Made by a program: the position numbers and the translations under genes. Shown piece by piece: positions 36,759 to 45,740 of a DNA stretch of 64,000 bases. Under the pieces are notes generated by a model. It had not been told where the DNA came from and made no database searches. It saw only the letters and a program-made list of their open reading frames with translations. The stretch is from Thiotrichales bacterium (GTDB taxonomy: Bacteria; Pseudomonadota; Gammaproteobacteria; GCF-002020875), in contig JABHVM010000011.1 of the NCBI GenBank assembly GCA_018658305.1, positions 3,551 through 67,550 on the forward strand. The letters are read 5' to 3'. The stretch's first letter is position 1. Every line of letters starts with the position of its first letter.

Positions 36759-39015
36759 AGAGACGCGCCTCTCTATCTCTGGAATGATGTGCGCTGGTTG
36801 CCTCTCCTCCGTTGAGCAGGCGTTGCAGGGGGTTGAAGGGGTAGAGTCGGCAGCAGTTAATCTTGGTGAGAGAAGCGCAATTGTTGAGGGAGAAGCTTCT
36901 GTTGAAGCACAGATCGCTGCAGTAAAAGAGGCAGGGTTCGGGGCGGCAGAGTTGGTCACCCTTGCAGATGAGCAAGCAAAAGAGCAAGCGGAGGCACGCG
37001 AGTACCAAAAATTGTGGTGGCGCGTGATCTCTGCTGGTGGGGCTGGTCTCACGCTATTTGTGGCAAGTATGGGTGGGTTTCTTCCTAGCATAGAAAACGG
37101 GCAGCCTATCTGGCTTGCGATTAGCGCTATCACTCTGCTGATTCTCATCTTTGTTGGTGGGCACTTCTTCAGCGGAGCGTGGGTAACGCTTAAAAATCGG
37201 CGCGGCAATATGGATACCCTAGTCGCAATGGGTACAGGCACCGCTTGGCTCTACTCCACCATCATCGTTCTCTATCCTGATTTAGTTCCATCTTTGGCTC
37301 GTCACGCCTATTTTGAAGCGGCAATTATTATTGTCGCACTGGTCTCGCTCGGCTCTGCGTTGGAGAGTAGAGCTCGGAGCAAGACCTCTTCTGCGATAAA
37401 AGCGTTGATTGGGCTGCAACCTAAAACGGCTCGGGTGCTACGCAATGGCGAGGAGCTTGATCTTCCGCTAGAGGAGGTTGGGTTAGATGAGACGCTACGG
37501 GTTAGACCTGGTGAAAAAATCCCATTAGACGGAGTGGTGTTAGAGGGGAGCTCTTATGTTGATGAATCAATGCTGACGGGTGAACCGATACCAGTTGCCA
37601 AGGAAGATGGGGGGCAAGTTGTAGGTGGAACTATCAACGGCTCTGGAACTTTTATAATGCGCACAACCCATATCGGCAGAGAGACGGTGTTGGCGCAGAT
37701 TGTAGAGCTAGTGCGCAAGGCACAGTCGAGCAAGCCAGAGATCGGGCGCTTGGTTGATAAAATCGCCGCCATCTTTGTGCCGATTGTGATCACCATCGCT
37801 GCCGTAAGTTTTGCGCTCTGGCTCTGGTTAGGACCAGAGCCGCAATTCAGTTACGCGATGGTGGCAGCGATGACAGTATTGGTGATCGCCTGTCCTTGTG
37901 CGCTCGGGCTGGCAACCCCAATTTCGATTATGGTGGGTGTCGGGCGTGCCGCAGGGATGGGGATTCTGATTCGTAATGGTGAGGCGCTACAACAAGCCGA
38001 GAAGGTGACCACAGTTATGTTCGACAAGACTGGTACGATTACTGAGGGAAATCCTCAACTGGTTAAAATTGCTATTGAAGTGAAGAGTGGAGGAGTTAAA
38101 AATAGTGAGGATGATCTGTTGAGATTGGCGGCAGCATTAGAGATAGGGTCAGAGCATCCGCTAGCTACTGCAATTCTTAATGAAGCGAAGGTGCGTGGAA
38201 TTTCAATTGAGGCTGCAGCTAATTTTCAGAGTATCACTGGAGAGGGGATTGAAGGCGAGGTGGCAGGTAAAAAATTACATCTCGGTAACCGCACTCTTAT
38301 GGAGAGAGATAAAATTATCTCCTCTCATAGTAATAGTGAAGAGAGTGAGAATAGAGCTGAAGAGTGGGGCGCAGCAGGAATTACTCCCATCTATCTCGCC
38401 CAAGAGGGAGAGCTGTTGGGTATGTTAGGTATTGCAGACCCGATCAAGGCAGGGGCGGAAGAGGCGATTGCAAACCTAAAAGAGATAGGGGTGAATGTGG
38501 TAATGCTTACTGGAGACAACCAGAAAACTGCTGAGGCAGTCGCTACTCAGATCGGACTTGATAAAAACTCCGTTGTTGCAGATCTACTTCCAGCAGAGAA
38601 GATCAAACAGGTCGCTCAATTACAGCAGCAGGGGGAGGTGGTAGCAATGGTCGGAGACGGCATAAATGATGCACCTGCACTCGCTCAGGCGGATGTGGGG
38701 ATAGCGATCGGTACTGGTACCGATATAGCCATTGAATCTGCCGATATCGCCCTAATGCACGGCGCACTGCAGGGGGTAGTTGATGCAATTACCCTCTCCA
38801 GAGCAACGATGGAAAATATCAAACAGAACCTCTTCGGGGCTTTTATCTACAACACGCTCGGTATTCCTATTGCCGCTGGGGTACTCTTCCCTCTGTTTGG
38901 AGTGATGCTAACCCCTATTGTTGCAGCTGCCGCTATGAGTATGAGTTCAGTAACAGTAGTTACCAATGCGCTTAGATTACGAAGTGTTAGGTTGTCAAAA
39001 GGAAGTAGAAGCTGA
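36751..39015 (+). CDS. copA: copper-translocating P1B-type ATPase
   Basis: N-terminal HMA GMMCAGC; CPC in TM6; phosphorylation site DKTGT; GDGINDAP. The start is the ATG at 36751, which overlaps the upstream stop; the ORF track opens at 36682. Confidence 0.85.
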   Translation: MAKETRLSISGMMCAGCLSSVEQALQGVEGVESAAVNLGERSAIVEGEASVEAQIAAVKEAGFGAAELVTLADEQAKEQAEAREYQKLWWRVISAGGAGLTLFVASMGGFLPSIENGQPIWLAISAITLLILIFVGGHFFSGAWVTLKNRRGNMDTLVAMGTGTAWLYSTIIVLYPDLVPSLARHAYFEAAIIIVALVSLGSALESRARSKTSSAIKALIGLQPKTARVLRNGEELDLPLEEVGLDETLRVRPGEKIPLDGVVLEGSSYVDESMLTGEPIPVAKEDGGQVVGGTINGSGTFIMRTTHIGRETVLAQIVELVRKAQSSKPEIGRLVDKIAAIFVPIVITIAAVSFALWLWLGPEPQFSYAMVAAMTVLVIACPCALGLATPISIMVGVGRAAGMGILIRNGEALQQAEKVTTVMFDKTGTITEGNPQLVKIAIEVKSGGVKNSEDDLLRLAAALEIGSEHPLATAILNEAKVRGISIEAAANFQSITGEGIEGEVAGKKLHLGNRTLMERDKIISSHSNSEESENRAEEWGAAGITPIYLAQEGELLGMLGIADPIKAGAEEAIANLKEIGVNVVMLTGDNQKTAEAVATQIGLDKNSVVADLLPAEKIKQVAQLQQQGEVVAMVGDGINDAPALAQADVGIAIGTGTDIAIESADIALMHGALQGVVDAITLSRATMENIKQNLFGAFIYNTLGIPIAAGVLFPLFGVMLTPIVAAAAMSMSSVTVVTNALRLRSVRLSKGSRS

Positions 39016-39018
39016 GGA

Positions 39019-39543
39019 TTAATCATCCCAGCGTCCCACGCCAGGTATACGGACATCATGCTCGTTGAAAGATCCATCTGCTGCATTTAGGTGACAGCTT
39101 CCGCAGTTACTAAGTGAGCCGATTTTTGGGTTGTCGAGAAAACGGCGTGGAATCTCATCGTGTTCTTTTACAAAAGGACGGCTCTCTGTAATACGCAGTG
39201 GAATCTCACTATCTCCTTTGCGCCAGAATTGATACCAACGATCACTGCTGCCGTACTGTTGTAGATAGGCGCTGAGCTCTTTCTGTTCTTGCGGTGCGAG
39301 CTCGGCGTTGTCTCCGAAGTGGTTATCGAGAGAGCGCATCATATTCCCCCAAGATATTTTTCCTAGCAGGCTCGGTGGGTAGGCGATATGACAACTTCCA
39401 CACTCTTCACGGTACTGATTGTATTCACTACTGCTGCGCATATAGGAGCGATTTCCCCATTCATCACTATCTGCTAGGGTTGGACTGCTTAATAGTGTGG
39501 TCGCAATCAATAAAGTTGCTGCTTTTCTCTGATTTTTTTTCAT
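39019..39543 (-). CDS. periplasmic diheme cytochrome c
   Basis: Signal peptide; CGSCHIAY and CGSCHLNA. Confidence 0.65.
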   Translation of the reverse strand: MKKNQRKAATLLIATTLLSSPTLADSDEWGNRSYMRSSSEYNQYREECGSCHIAYPPSLLGKISWGNMMRSLDNHFGDNAELAPQEQKELSAYLQQYGSSDRWYQFWRKGDSEIPLRITESRPFVKEHDEIPRRFLDNPKIGSLSNCGSCHLNAADGSFNEHDVRIPGVGRWDD

Positions 39544-39648
39544 CTCTTTAATCTCCTGTTTTAGGTACTTCTCTATCGGTTAATAAATTCAAGTATCTCT
39601 CTTTTTTACTGTTTGAATTTTGCATAGTAAATAGCGTACAGGGTGAAC

Positions 39649-39732
39649 CTTAAGAGGGACTTAAGATTAGAATAAATGTTAATGGTTATCTTAAGATTCA
39701 CTTAAGGTTTGGTGTTTAGACTCTCTCTTATG
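39649..39732 (+). promoter_or_regulatory. conserved upstream element: four CTTAAG half-sites in two 11-bp-phased pairs, then GTTTAGACT and the caspase start codon
   Basis: CTTAAG at 39649, 39660, 39690 and 39701. The last 45 bp are about 80% identical to 42485-42528 and 45548-45590. Confidence 0.55.
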
Positions 39733-41034
39733 GTTCGTTTTCTACTGACACTACTGACTATTTTTTCACTTTCGCTATCTCCCCTCTTGCTGGGAGAGAT
39801 GGTAAATGTCGTCTATGCTGATGGTGACGGAGGCGATGGGGGGGACGGTGGAGATGGAGATGGAGATGGGGATGATGGAGGAGATGATGGAGGAGACGAT
39901 GGCGGTGATGATAGCGGAAGTGATGGTGGCAACGATGGTGGAGGAGATGATGGTGATGGTAGTAGTAGTGGTTCCGATGATGGGGGCGGCGATGACTTTT
40001 TCAGCGAAGAGTTTGTAGAGTGGATGAGTGAGAGTCAGGGCGGTTCAGGGATCGCTTTTTACAGCGCAGAAGAGAATCTGGAGTGGGTCACTCCTGAAGC
40101 GGAGCAGGCACTGATTGCCTCACATTGGAACCACTCACCACGACAGATGTTTGCCACTAAACCAGCCACTCAACCATCGACTCAGAAAGTAGCGGTTGAG
40201 ATCACAAAATCTCCATTTCCACACGACACTCTAAATCTAACCTATGCCAGAACAGTTGAAAATAGTGAAGATGATATTGCCGTCATTATCGGCAATGCCA
40301 ACTATCAGCAGTTTGGAGCCAAAGTACCTGATGTGACTCCCGCTTACGCTGATGCAGAGGCGTTCACCCGTTATGTGCGTGAAGGGTTGGGAGTGCGAGA
40401 AGGGAATATTATCCACTTGAAAGATGCAACCCAAGCGCAGATGATGCGTCTCTTTGGTACCGAAAAACATCCAAAAGGACAACTCTATGATTGGGTCAAA
40501 CCGCAACAGTCAAGAGTGACACTCTATTTTTCAGGGCATGGGGCCCCTGGGGTTAAGGCGAAAGAGAGCAACTATCTGGTGCCTGCCGATGCAGATGGAG
40601 CTCGACTTGCCCTCAACGGTTATCCGGTTGAAGAGCTTTACCAAAATCTTTCCAAGCTTAACGCCCGTTCAGTAACGGTGGTACTGGAGGCGTGTTTCTC
40701 AGGGGTGAGTCAAGATAGTCAAGTAGTTACCCACGCCTCACCGATCTTTGCGCAGCGCAAGCCGACCACCATTCCCAAAGAGATTACCGTGATCTCAGCT
40801 GGAGGTAGTGACCAGATCGCCTCTTGGGAACAGGATCGTTCTAATGGACTCTTCACTAAATACTACCTCTATGCGATGAGTGGCAAGGCAGACCATCCCC
40901 CTTATGGAAATGGTGACGGACGGGTGAGCCGTGATGAACTGCAACGCTATCTCGATAAAACCCTAAGTTACTGGGCACGCCGCTACTACGGGCGAGAGCA
41001 GGTGGCGCAGATTCAAGAAGGAAAGAAGTTATGA
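39709..41034 (+). CDS. secreted caspase-like cysteine protease (peptidase C14 / orthocaspase) with an N-terminal acidic Gly/Asp repeat region
   Basis: Signal peptide; about 60 aa of (D-G-G/D-D-G) repeats; caspase His/Cys dyad context YFSGHGAPG and VVLEACFSG. The alternative start is the ATG at 39730. Confidence 0.75.
   Translation: MVFRLSLMVRFLLTLLTIFSLSLSPLLLGEMVNVVYADGDGGDGGDGGDGDGDGDDGGDDGGDDGGDDSGSDGGNDGGGDDGDGSSSGSDDGGGDDFFSEEFVEWMSESQGGSGIAFYSAEENLEWVTPEAEQALIASHWNHSPRQMFATKPATQPSTQKVAVEITKSPFPHDTLNLTYARTVENSEDDIAVIIGNANYQQFGAKVPDVTPAYADAEAFTRYVREGLGVREGNIIHLKDATQAQMMRLFGTEKHPKGQLYDWVKPQQSRVTLYFSGHGAPGVKAKESNYLVPADADGARLALNGYPVEELYQNLSKLNARSVTVVLEACFSGVSQDSQVVTHASPIFAQRKPTTIPKEITVISAGGSDQIASWEQDRSNGLFTKYYLYAMSGKADHPPYGNGDGRVSRDELQRYLDKTLSYWARRYYGREQVAQIQEGKKL
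39817..39996 (+). repeat. in-frame GAT-GGN trinucleotide/hexanucleotide tandem repeat tract encoding the acidic linker
   Basis: About 180 bp of (GATGGN)n units; a slipped-strand expansion or contraction candidate. Confidence 0.7.
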
Positions 41035-41972
41035 GAAAAATGGTGATGAGAATGCCCATGCTACTGCTCTCAATTTTTATCCTAAGCGGTTGCGTCTCAA
41101 CGCCACCAATGCCTGAAATGAAAAAAGGGTATCTCACTCAACCTGCAACCCTCCCCCAATATCGTGCGGGAGACACCTTCATATTTAGTGATGGGAGTGT
41201 AGAAAAAGTCATTGCTGTTAGAGGAGAGAAGGTTGATTGGGAATCACGGGGAGGCGCTTTTCGTTACACGACATATCGAAACTTTATCCTCCCTAAACAG
41301 CAGTGGGAGACAGAGACAAAAGAGGTGGTGGTTCAATACAGTGGTGAGCGAAATATTCTCTGGCCGCTTAAGAGTGGAGAGTCTGAATATTTTCCAACAA
41401 CTGTTGTTGTAAATGACAAAGTTAATTTTTCTAAAAAATCTTATCTGCAGAGCTGGCGCTGCCAGGTAGGAGGGATCTACAAGATTACATTGAAAGCGGG
41501 TATATTTGATGTGCAGAAAATTGAGTGTGATCGCAATACCTTGATGGGGCGCTGGATGCAGACCCGTAGTTGGTTCTACGCTCCTGCACTGGGGCACTAT
41601 GTGCTCCGTCTCGATGAGTACGCCCCTACCTCCTCTCGTCGTCATATTCAGCGTAATAAAGAGTTGGTCGCCTACATTCCCTCGGATCAACATATAGCTT
41701 ATGGTGAGGGCGTCTCACCTGAATCCCACTTTCAGCACTCATTGGAGAGTCTCCCCTCTGGTGAAAGCAGTGAATGGAGAGATGAGAGTGATCGCTATGC
41801 ACGAACCATCACCATGCTTCGCACCTTTCGTGCAGATGGAGGGAGATACTGTCGTGAGTATCGAATGGTGAGAAGAGATGATGGACGAATTCAAAGTTAT
41901 CTTGGAAAGTCCTGTCGTGGCGAAGATGGGCGCTGGCACATCGCCGTAGCAGCCCTGTCAACGCACACATGA
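41031..41972 (+). CDS. hypothetical lipoprotein translationally coupled (ATGA) to the caspase gene
   Basis: Lipobox ILSGC; 4-nt overlap; C-terminal Cys/Arg-rich repeats (RYCREY...KSCRGEDGRW). Confidence 0.5.
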   Translation: MRKMVMRMPMLLLSIFILSGCVSTPPMPEMKKGYLTQPATLPQYRAGDTFIFSDGSVEKVIAVRGEKVDWESRGGAFRYTTYRNFILPKQQWETETKEVVVQYSGERNILWPLKSGESEYFPTTVVVNDKVNFSKKSYLQSWRCQVGGIYKITLKAGIFDVQKIECDRNTLMGRWMQTRSWFYAPALGHYVLRLDEYAPTSSRRHIQRNKELVAYIPSDQHIAYGEGVSPESHFQHSLESLPSGESSEWRDESDRYARTITMLRTFRADGGRYCREYRMVRRDDGRIQSYLGKSCRGEDGRWHIAVAALSTHT

Positions 41973-42007
41973 GGGGCGTGCGTTAAGCCTCCCTCTCTAT
42001 GCTTTTA

Positions 42008-42226
42008 TTAGCCTGCTCTGGATTCTCTAACTGCATCTAATATATCCTGAGTAGTTGCTCTGGTTTTAATGCCAGACACATCAAAGGGTGATTTTTCTTT
42101 TTTTGTTTTTGGAACTATCGAAAAAATAGAGCCGTCTCTTCGCCGAATTTCAACCTTTTCATTTTGAGCAGTGTTTAATAATTCGGACAGATTTTGCCGA
42201 GCTTCTGAATAAGTGAATACTTTCAT
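42008..42226 (-). CDS. Phd/YefM-family antitoxin homolog (orphan, with no adjacent toxin)
   Basis: The N-terminus MKVFTYSEARQNLSELL matches the YefM signature; no RelE/YoeB-like ORF lies on either side. Confidence 0.5.
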   Translation of the reverse strand: MKVFTYSEARQNLSELLNTAQNEKVEIRRRDGSIFSIVPKTKKEKSPFDVSGIKTRATTQDILDAVRESRAG

Positions 42227-42484
42227 GCTTCTACTCCACAACTTCGATTTTAAGATCATATGCGACTTGTTTCATTCTTTTATCCAGAGTTATAAGCGGA
42301 CATGAGAACGGTGTTTGTCAAGGTAGTTGTCTGTTTTATTCATGCTGCTTTCAATAAAACAAGCTCTTCAGCACTGTACTTTTATTTTCTACTTAGATGT
42401 AGGGCAGATAGAGATTGATGACAAACCGATGTTGGTTTGCAACCTATAGCACTAACGGCTAAAGAGCGAAAAGGAGGTAAGCGC

Positions 42485-42528
42485 CTTAAGGTTCTCTTAA
42501 GGTTGAGCGTTTAGACTTTATCATTATG
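42485..42528 (+). promoter_or_regulatory. second copy of the CTTAAG direct-repeat element, immediately upstream of and including the start codon of the 42526 gene
   Basis: CTTAAGGTTCT-CTTAAGGTTGAGCGTTTAGACTTTATCATTATG. Confidence 0.55.
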
Positions 42529-43398
42529 ATGCGTACATTACTCAATCTGTCTGTTGATCCTCTTGACTCTCTTATTATTTGGGGGCTTGCTTTGGTCTTG
42601 ATGAGCAGTGCAGAGGCGGTGATAACGGTTGAATCAGGCGCTTACATCTTCACCGCAGAGATGAGTGCCGAAGAGGGGTGTGGTCAAGCAGTTGAGCGGA
42701 TAAAGTTAGAGAATATAGCGGAGCAGTGTGGTGCACATCTCTCTGGTGGCAAGTTAAGGGCGCTGGGTGATGGATATGACCTTCTTGATCAACTCTATTT
42801 TGAGTCAACTGCTGGACATCTGACCCAGTTCAAAATAAAGAAAAAAGAGGTGATACTGATTAGCACTGGATCAGAAGCCCCCCTCTTTCGTTGCAGTGTA
42901 GAGGCGGCGTTAGAGGTGAGTTGCAATCAAGGAGAGAGGAATCCTTACTTTGCACCGCTCTTTACGGAACAGATCTCCCTTAATCAGCTCTCTTTCAGAG
43001 AGGGGGACGAAATGAAGATTTTCATTGATGTGCCGCAACCGATGAGTATAACGGTTCTTCAACTGCTCCCATATTTAGAGAGCGGTGAACAGGTTTGGCG
43101 AATCTTTCCAAACTTATACCAGCCAGAGGGGTGGGTGGAGAAGGCGGAGCAGTTATCCATTCCAAATCAAGAGGGTGAATATCAGTTAATTGCCAAGCTT
43201 CCTATCGGCAAAAATCGTGTAGTTGAGGAGCTGGTGGTGATTGCAATTGATGAGAAAGGAGATAAAGATGAAAAAATTAAGTTCCCAGATCAGATGAGCG
43301 TGGAGCAGTTTCATCAACTGCTCGCTGAGATTCCACTCAATCAACGCAGAGAAAAATTTATCCCTTATGAAATCATTAAAGAGAGGTCTGTCCAATGA
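42526..43398 (+). CDS. hypothetical secreted protein
   Basis: Signal peptide; 4-nt overlap with the downstream lipoprotein gene. Confidence 0.45.
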   Translation: MMRTLLNLSVDPLDSLIIWGLALVLMSSAEAVITVESGAYIFTAEMSAEEGCGQAVERIKLENIAEQCGAHLSGGKLRALGDGYDLLDQLYFESTAGHLTQFKIKKKEVILISTGSEAPLFRCSVEAALEVSCNQGERNPYFAPLFTEQISLNQLSFREGDEMKIFIDVPQPMSITVLQLLPYLESGEQVWRIFPNLYQPEGWVEKAEQLSIPNQEGEYQLIAKLPIGKNRVVEELVVIAIDEKGDKDEKIKFPDQMSVEQFHQLLAEIPLNQRREKFIPYEIIKERSVQ

Positions 43399-44795
43399 AG
43401 AGCGTTATTCCTATTAGAGGTATCACTGTTGCCATGCTCGCACTGTTAGCAATCAGCGGCTGTTCGACTAGATATGTTGACCTGGGTGAAGGAGAGACTC
43501 CTTCCTCCAGTGCACTCTCTACCGAGGTGTTGTTTGAAGTGCACGATGCGTTCTATAACCCCACCCCACTTTGTGTAGCAGTGCTTCCACTGCAGGGGGA
43601 TGCAGATACTCTAAGACGAAGCCAAGTGCGCCGCACACTCTATGCTCATCTATCTCCACGAGGTTTTCGTGATATTGAGATCGCACGAGTGGACTATCTT
43701 ATTCAGAACAATGGGCTTGATGTTGAGCAGGTCGAGGATAGGGCAGCGTTAGGGCAGCTTCTAAACTGTGATGCATTTTTGATGGGAGAGGTGAGTGGCG
43801 GCTCATCTTTCTACGGAGTCTACTCCAAAGTGGAGGCGGCAGCCAAGTTACAGATGGTGAGAGCGGTTGATGGGGAACTATTATGGGAGTCTCAACACCA
43901 CGCCACTCAGCAGGATGGGGGGCTTCCGTTCTCACCGATTGGAATTGCTGCGGGTCTCTTCGATGCAGCAAGAAATGTTGAGAATGAACAGATCTTGAGG
44001 GTGATGGATGACCTCGCTCGACGAATGATGAGCACTATACCAGATGTGATGGTCAACTATAGCGATGATGAGGCTCTTAACCATTTTACCTTAGAAACAG
44101 AAGATCGCTGGAAGGGTGATCTTGATCAATATCTCGCTTCTAGTTCTGGGGCTGCTAGAGAGAGTAAACTGCGTAGACTCCTTGCAGAGCAGTCCTTAAC
44201 GACCTCTCAACAGGAGGAGGTCTATCAGAGGTTGACTACTGCTAGCGGTAAGGCGAGAGACTATCGAGCGTGGGGTCGTAATCGATTGAAACAAGGCTAC
44301 TATGAGGGGGCGTTGGAACAGTTTGAACGGGCGATTGAGATTAAAGAAAGTGATAGTGAGGCATGGTTTCTGAAAGGTCGAGTCCTAACCAAACTCAATC
44401 AGCTTGAGCAAGCGGATAGCAGTTTTGTCAAGGCGATTGCCCACAATCCAGATCGTGATGATTACTATGCGGCACTCGGTTACATTAATTCACGGAGAGG
44501 CGATATGGCACGGGCAAGAGCCGCCTATCAGATGGCGATTAAATATAATCCAGAGAGCGGCTTTGCTTGGTACAACCTTGCAGTGAGTGACTATAACGAG
44601 GGTAACTACCGAGATGCTACCGAGCAGTTTTTCAATGCTGGAAGCTTCTATCTCAAGCAGGGGCGAGTTGATCGCGTGGAACAGGTGATTCTAGATCTAA
44701 AGGATCTCAATCAGAAGAGAGATGGAAGCCGCACCGTACTGAAGTATATAGCGCGTCTGGAGAGCGATCTTGAGGTGTGGGTTGATAGTAAATAA
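43395..44795 (+). CDS. lipoprotein with an N-terminal DUF799/GNA1162-like (LpoB/CsgG-fold-like) domain and C-terminal TPR repeats
   Basis: Lipobox ISGCS; the VAVLPL...DAFLMGEV pattern; three to four TPR units near the C-terminus. Confidence 0.5.
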   Translation: MKSVIPIRGITVAMLALLAISGCSTRYVDLGEGETPSSSALSTEVLFEVHDAFYNPTPLCVAVLPLQGDADTLRRSQVRRTLYAHLSPRGFRDIEIARVDYLIQNNGLDVEQVEDRAALGQLLNCDAFLMGEVSGGSSFYGVYSKVEAAAKLQMVRAVDGELLWESQHHATQQDGGLPFSPIGIAAGLFDAARNVENEQILRVMDDLARRMMSTIPDVMVNYSDDEALNHFTLETEDRWKGDLDQYLASSSGAARESKLRRLLAEQSLTTSQQEEVYQRLTTASGKARDYRAWGRNRLKQGYYEGALEQFERAIEIKESDSEAWFLKGRVLTKLNQLEQADSSFVKAIAHNPDRDDYYAALGYINSRRGDMARARAAYQMAIKYNPESGFAWYNLAVSDYNEGNYRDATEQFFNAGSFYLKQGRVDRVEQVILDLKDLNQKRDGSRTVLKYIARLESDLEVWVDSK

Positions 44796-44895
44796 GTAGC
44801 ACTATCTCCCTTGCTAAGAGAGAACAGGGAGGTATGTAGACTCTATTAATAGGCATTAAGTTTTTGATATTTTTTAATTGATTAGGAGAAGTAAG

Positions 44896-45537
44896 ATGAA
44901 GATAGATGATAGAGAGCATAATTTAGTCCGTAACGCAGTCACCGCAGTTTTATTAAGTAGTGTACTGGTAGGATGCTCCTCCATCCCTGAAGTGGGTACC
45001 CCAGCATTTAGCCAGTATAAAAAAGAGCAGCGCGAAGAGCAACGGGTCGAGGTGATGGAGGAGATGCCAGACTGGTTTATGGAGCCTCCAGTCGGAGATG
45101 ACTATCTCTATGTCGCCGCTACTGCCATCTCTCCCGACCTGCAGATGTCAATAGACAAAGCGGTGATGGATGGTAAAACTAATCTCGCTGATCGATTGAA
45201 TAGCTTGATGAGCGGAAAACTTAAACGCTATGTAGAGGAGAGCGGTAATGTAGAGAATATAGAATTTGTACAGCAGATGGAACGGATTAGCCAATCCCTC
45301 TTTACCGATGTCAACACCTCTGGTTACCGAGTAACTGAGAAGAAGTTGATCAAAGTGCAGAAGGGCTACCGCGCCTTTGTATTGATCGAATACCCGCTAG
45401 GTAATGCTAATTATGTACTAGTGGAAGGGGTTAAGAAAAACCAGAAAGCACATGCCAAACTTAGAGCAAGTAAAGCATTTGCTGCATTGGAAGATGAAAT
45501 TGAAGCCGCTAGAGGCGTAACCAAAAACTCTAAATAA
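44896..45537 (+). CDS. lipoprotein, tentatively LPP20/FlgP-like
   Basis: SD AGGAG then ATG at 44896; lipobox LVGCSS. The family call is tentative. Confidence 0.4.
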   Translation: MKIDDREHNLVRNAVTAVLLSSVLVGCSSIPEVGTPAFSQYKKEQREEQRVEVMEEMPDWFMEPPVGDDYLYVAATAISPDLQMSIDKAVMDGKTNLADRLNSLMSGKLKRYVEESGNVENIEFVQQMERISQSLFTDVNTSGYRVTEKKLIKVQKGYRAFVLIEYPLGNANYVLVEGVKKNQKAHAKLRASKAFAALEDEIEAARGVTKNSK

Positions 45538-45547
45538 TTACCCACTC

Positions 45548-45590
45548 TTTAAGACTCCCTTAAGGTTGGAGTATTACTCTATCCGTTATG
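45548..45590 (+). promoter_or_regulatory. third copy of the CTTAAG direct-repeat element, ending in an ATG that opens only a 17-codon ORF, about 150 bp upstream of the RR/HK operon
   Basis: TTTAAGACTCC-CTTAAGGTTGGAGTATTACTCTATCCGTTATG. Confidence 0.5.
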
Positions 45591-45740
45591 AATTTACAGA
45601 TAATAGAAGAGAGCGGGGCAGGGCGAATTCAACTCTGATAAAGTTACGGCAATGAATAGTGAATTTAGAGTTAGTATGGATTGTCTAGTCGATAGTGCAC
45701 TGCGCAAGCAAAACACAGCTGCAAAACTGTTTATCCGAAA

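Noticed and set aside
36666-37241. 191-aa and 117-aa minus-strand ORFs over the 5' end of copA
   Set aside because: Antisense to the HMA and TM region of copA. Ala/Ser/Pro-rich translations of this kind are typical of GC-rich antisense frames, so I treat them as spurious.
39817-39996. Repeat tract considered as a CRISPR-like array
   Set aside because: The units are 3-6 nt with no spacer structure, they are in-frame coding sequence, and no cas genes are nearby.
39806-40018. Met/Glu-rich 70-aa ORF in another frame of the caspase repeat tract
   Set aside because: A product of the (GATGGN)n repeat read out of frame. The in-frame reading gives a coherent signal peptide, acidic linker and caspase domain.
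42008-42259. Complete type II toxin-antitoxin system
   Set aside because: Only the antitoxin-like gene is present. The flanking 35-bp and 266-bp gaps contain no toxin-sized ORF.
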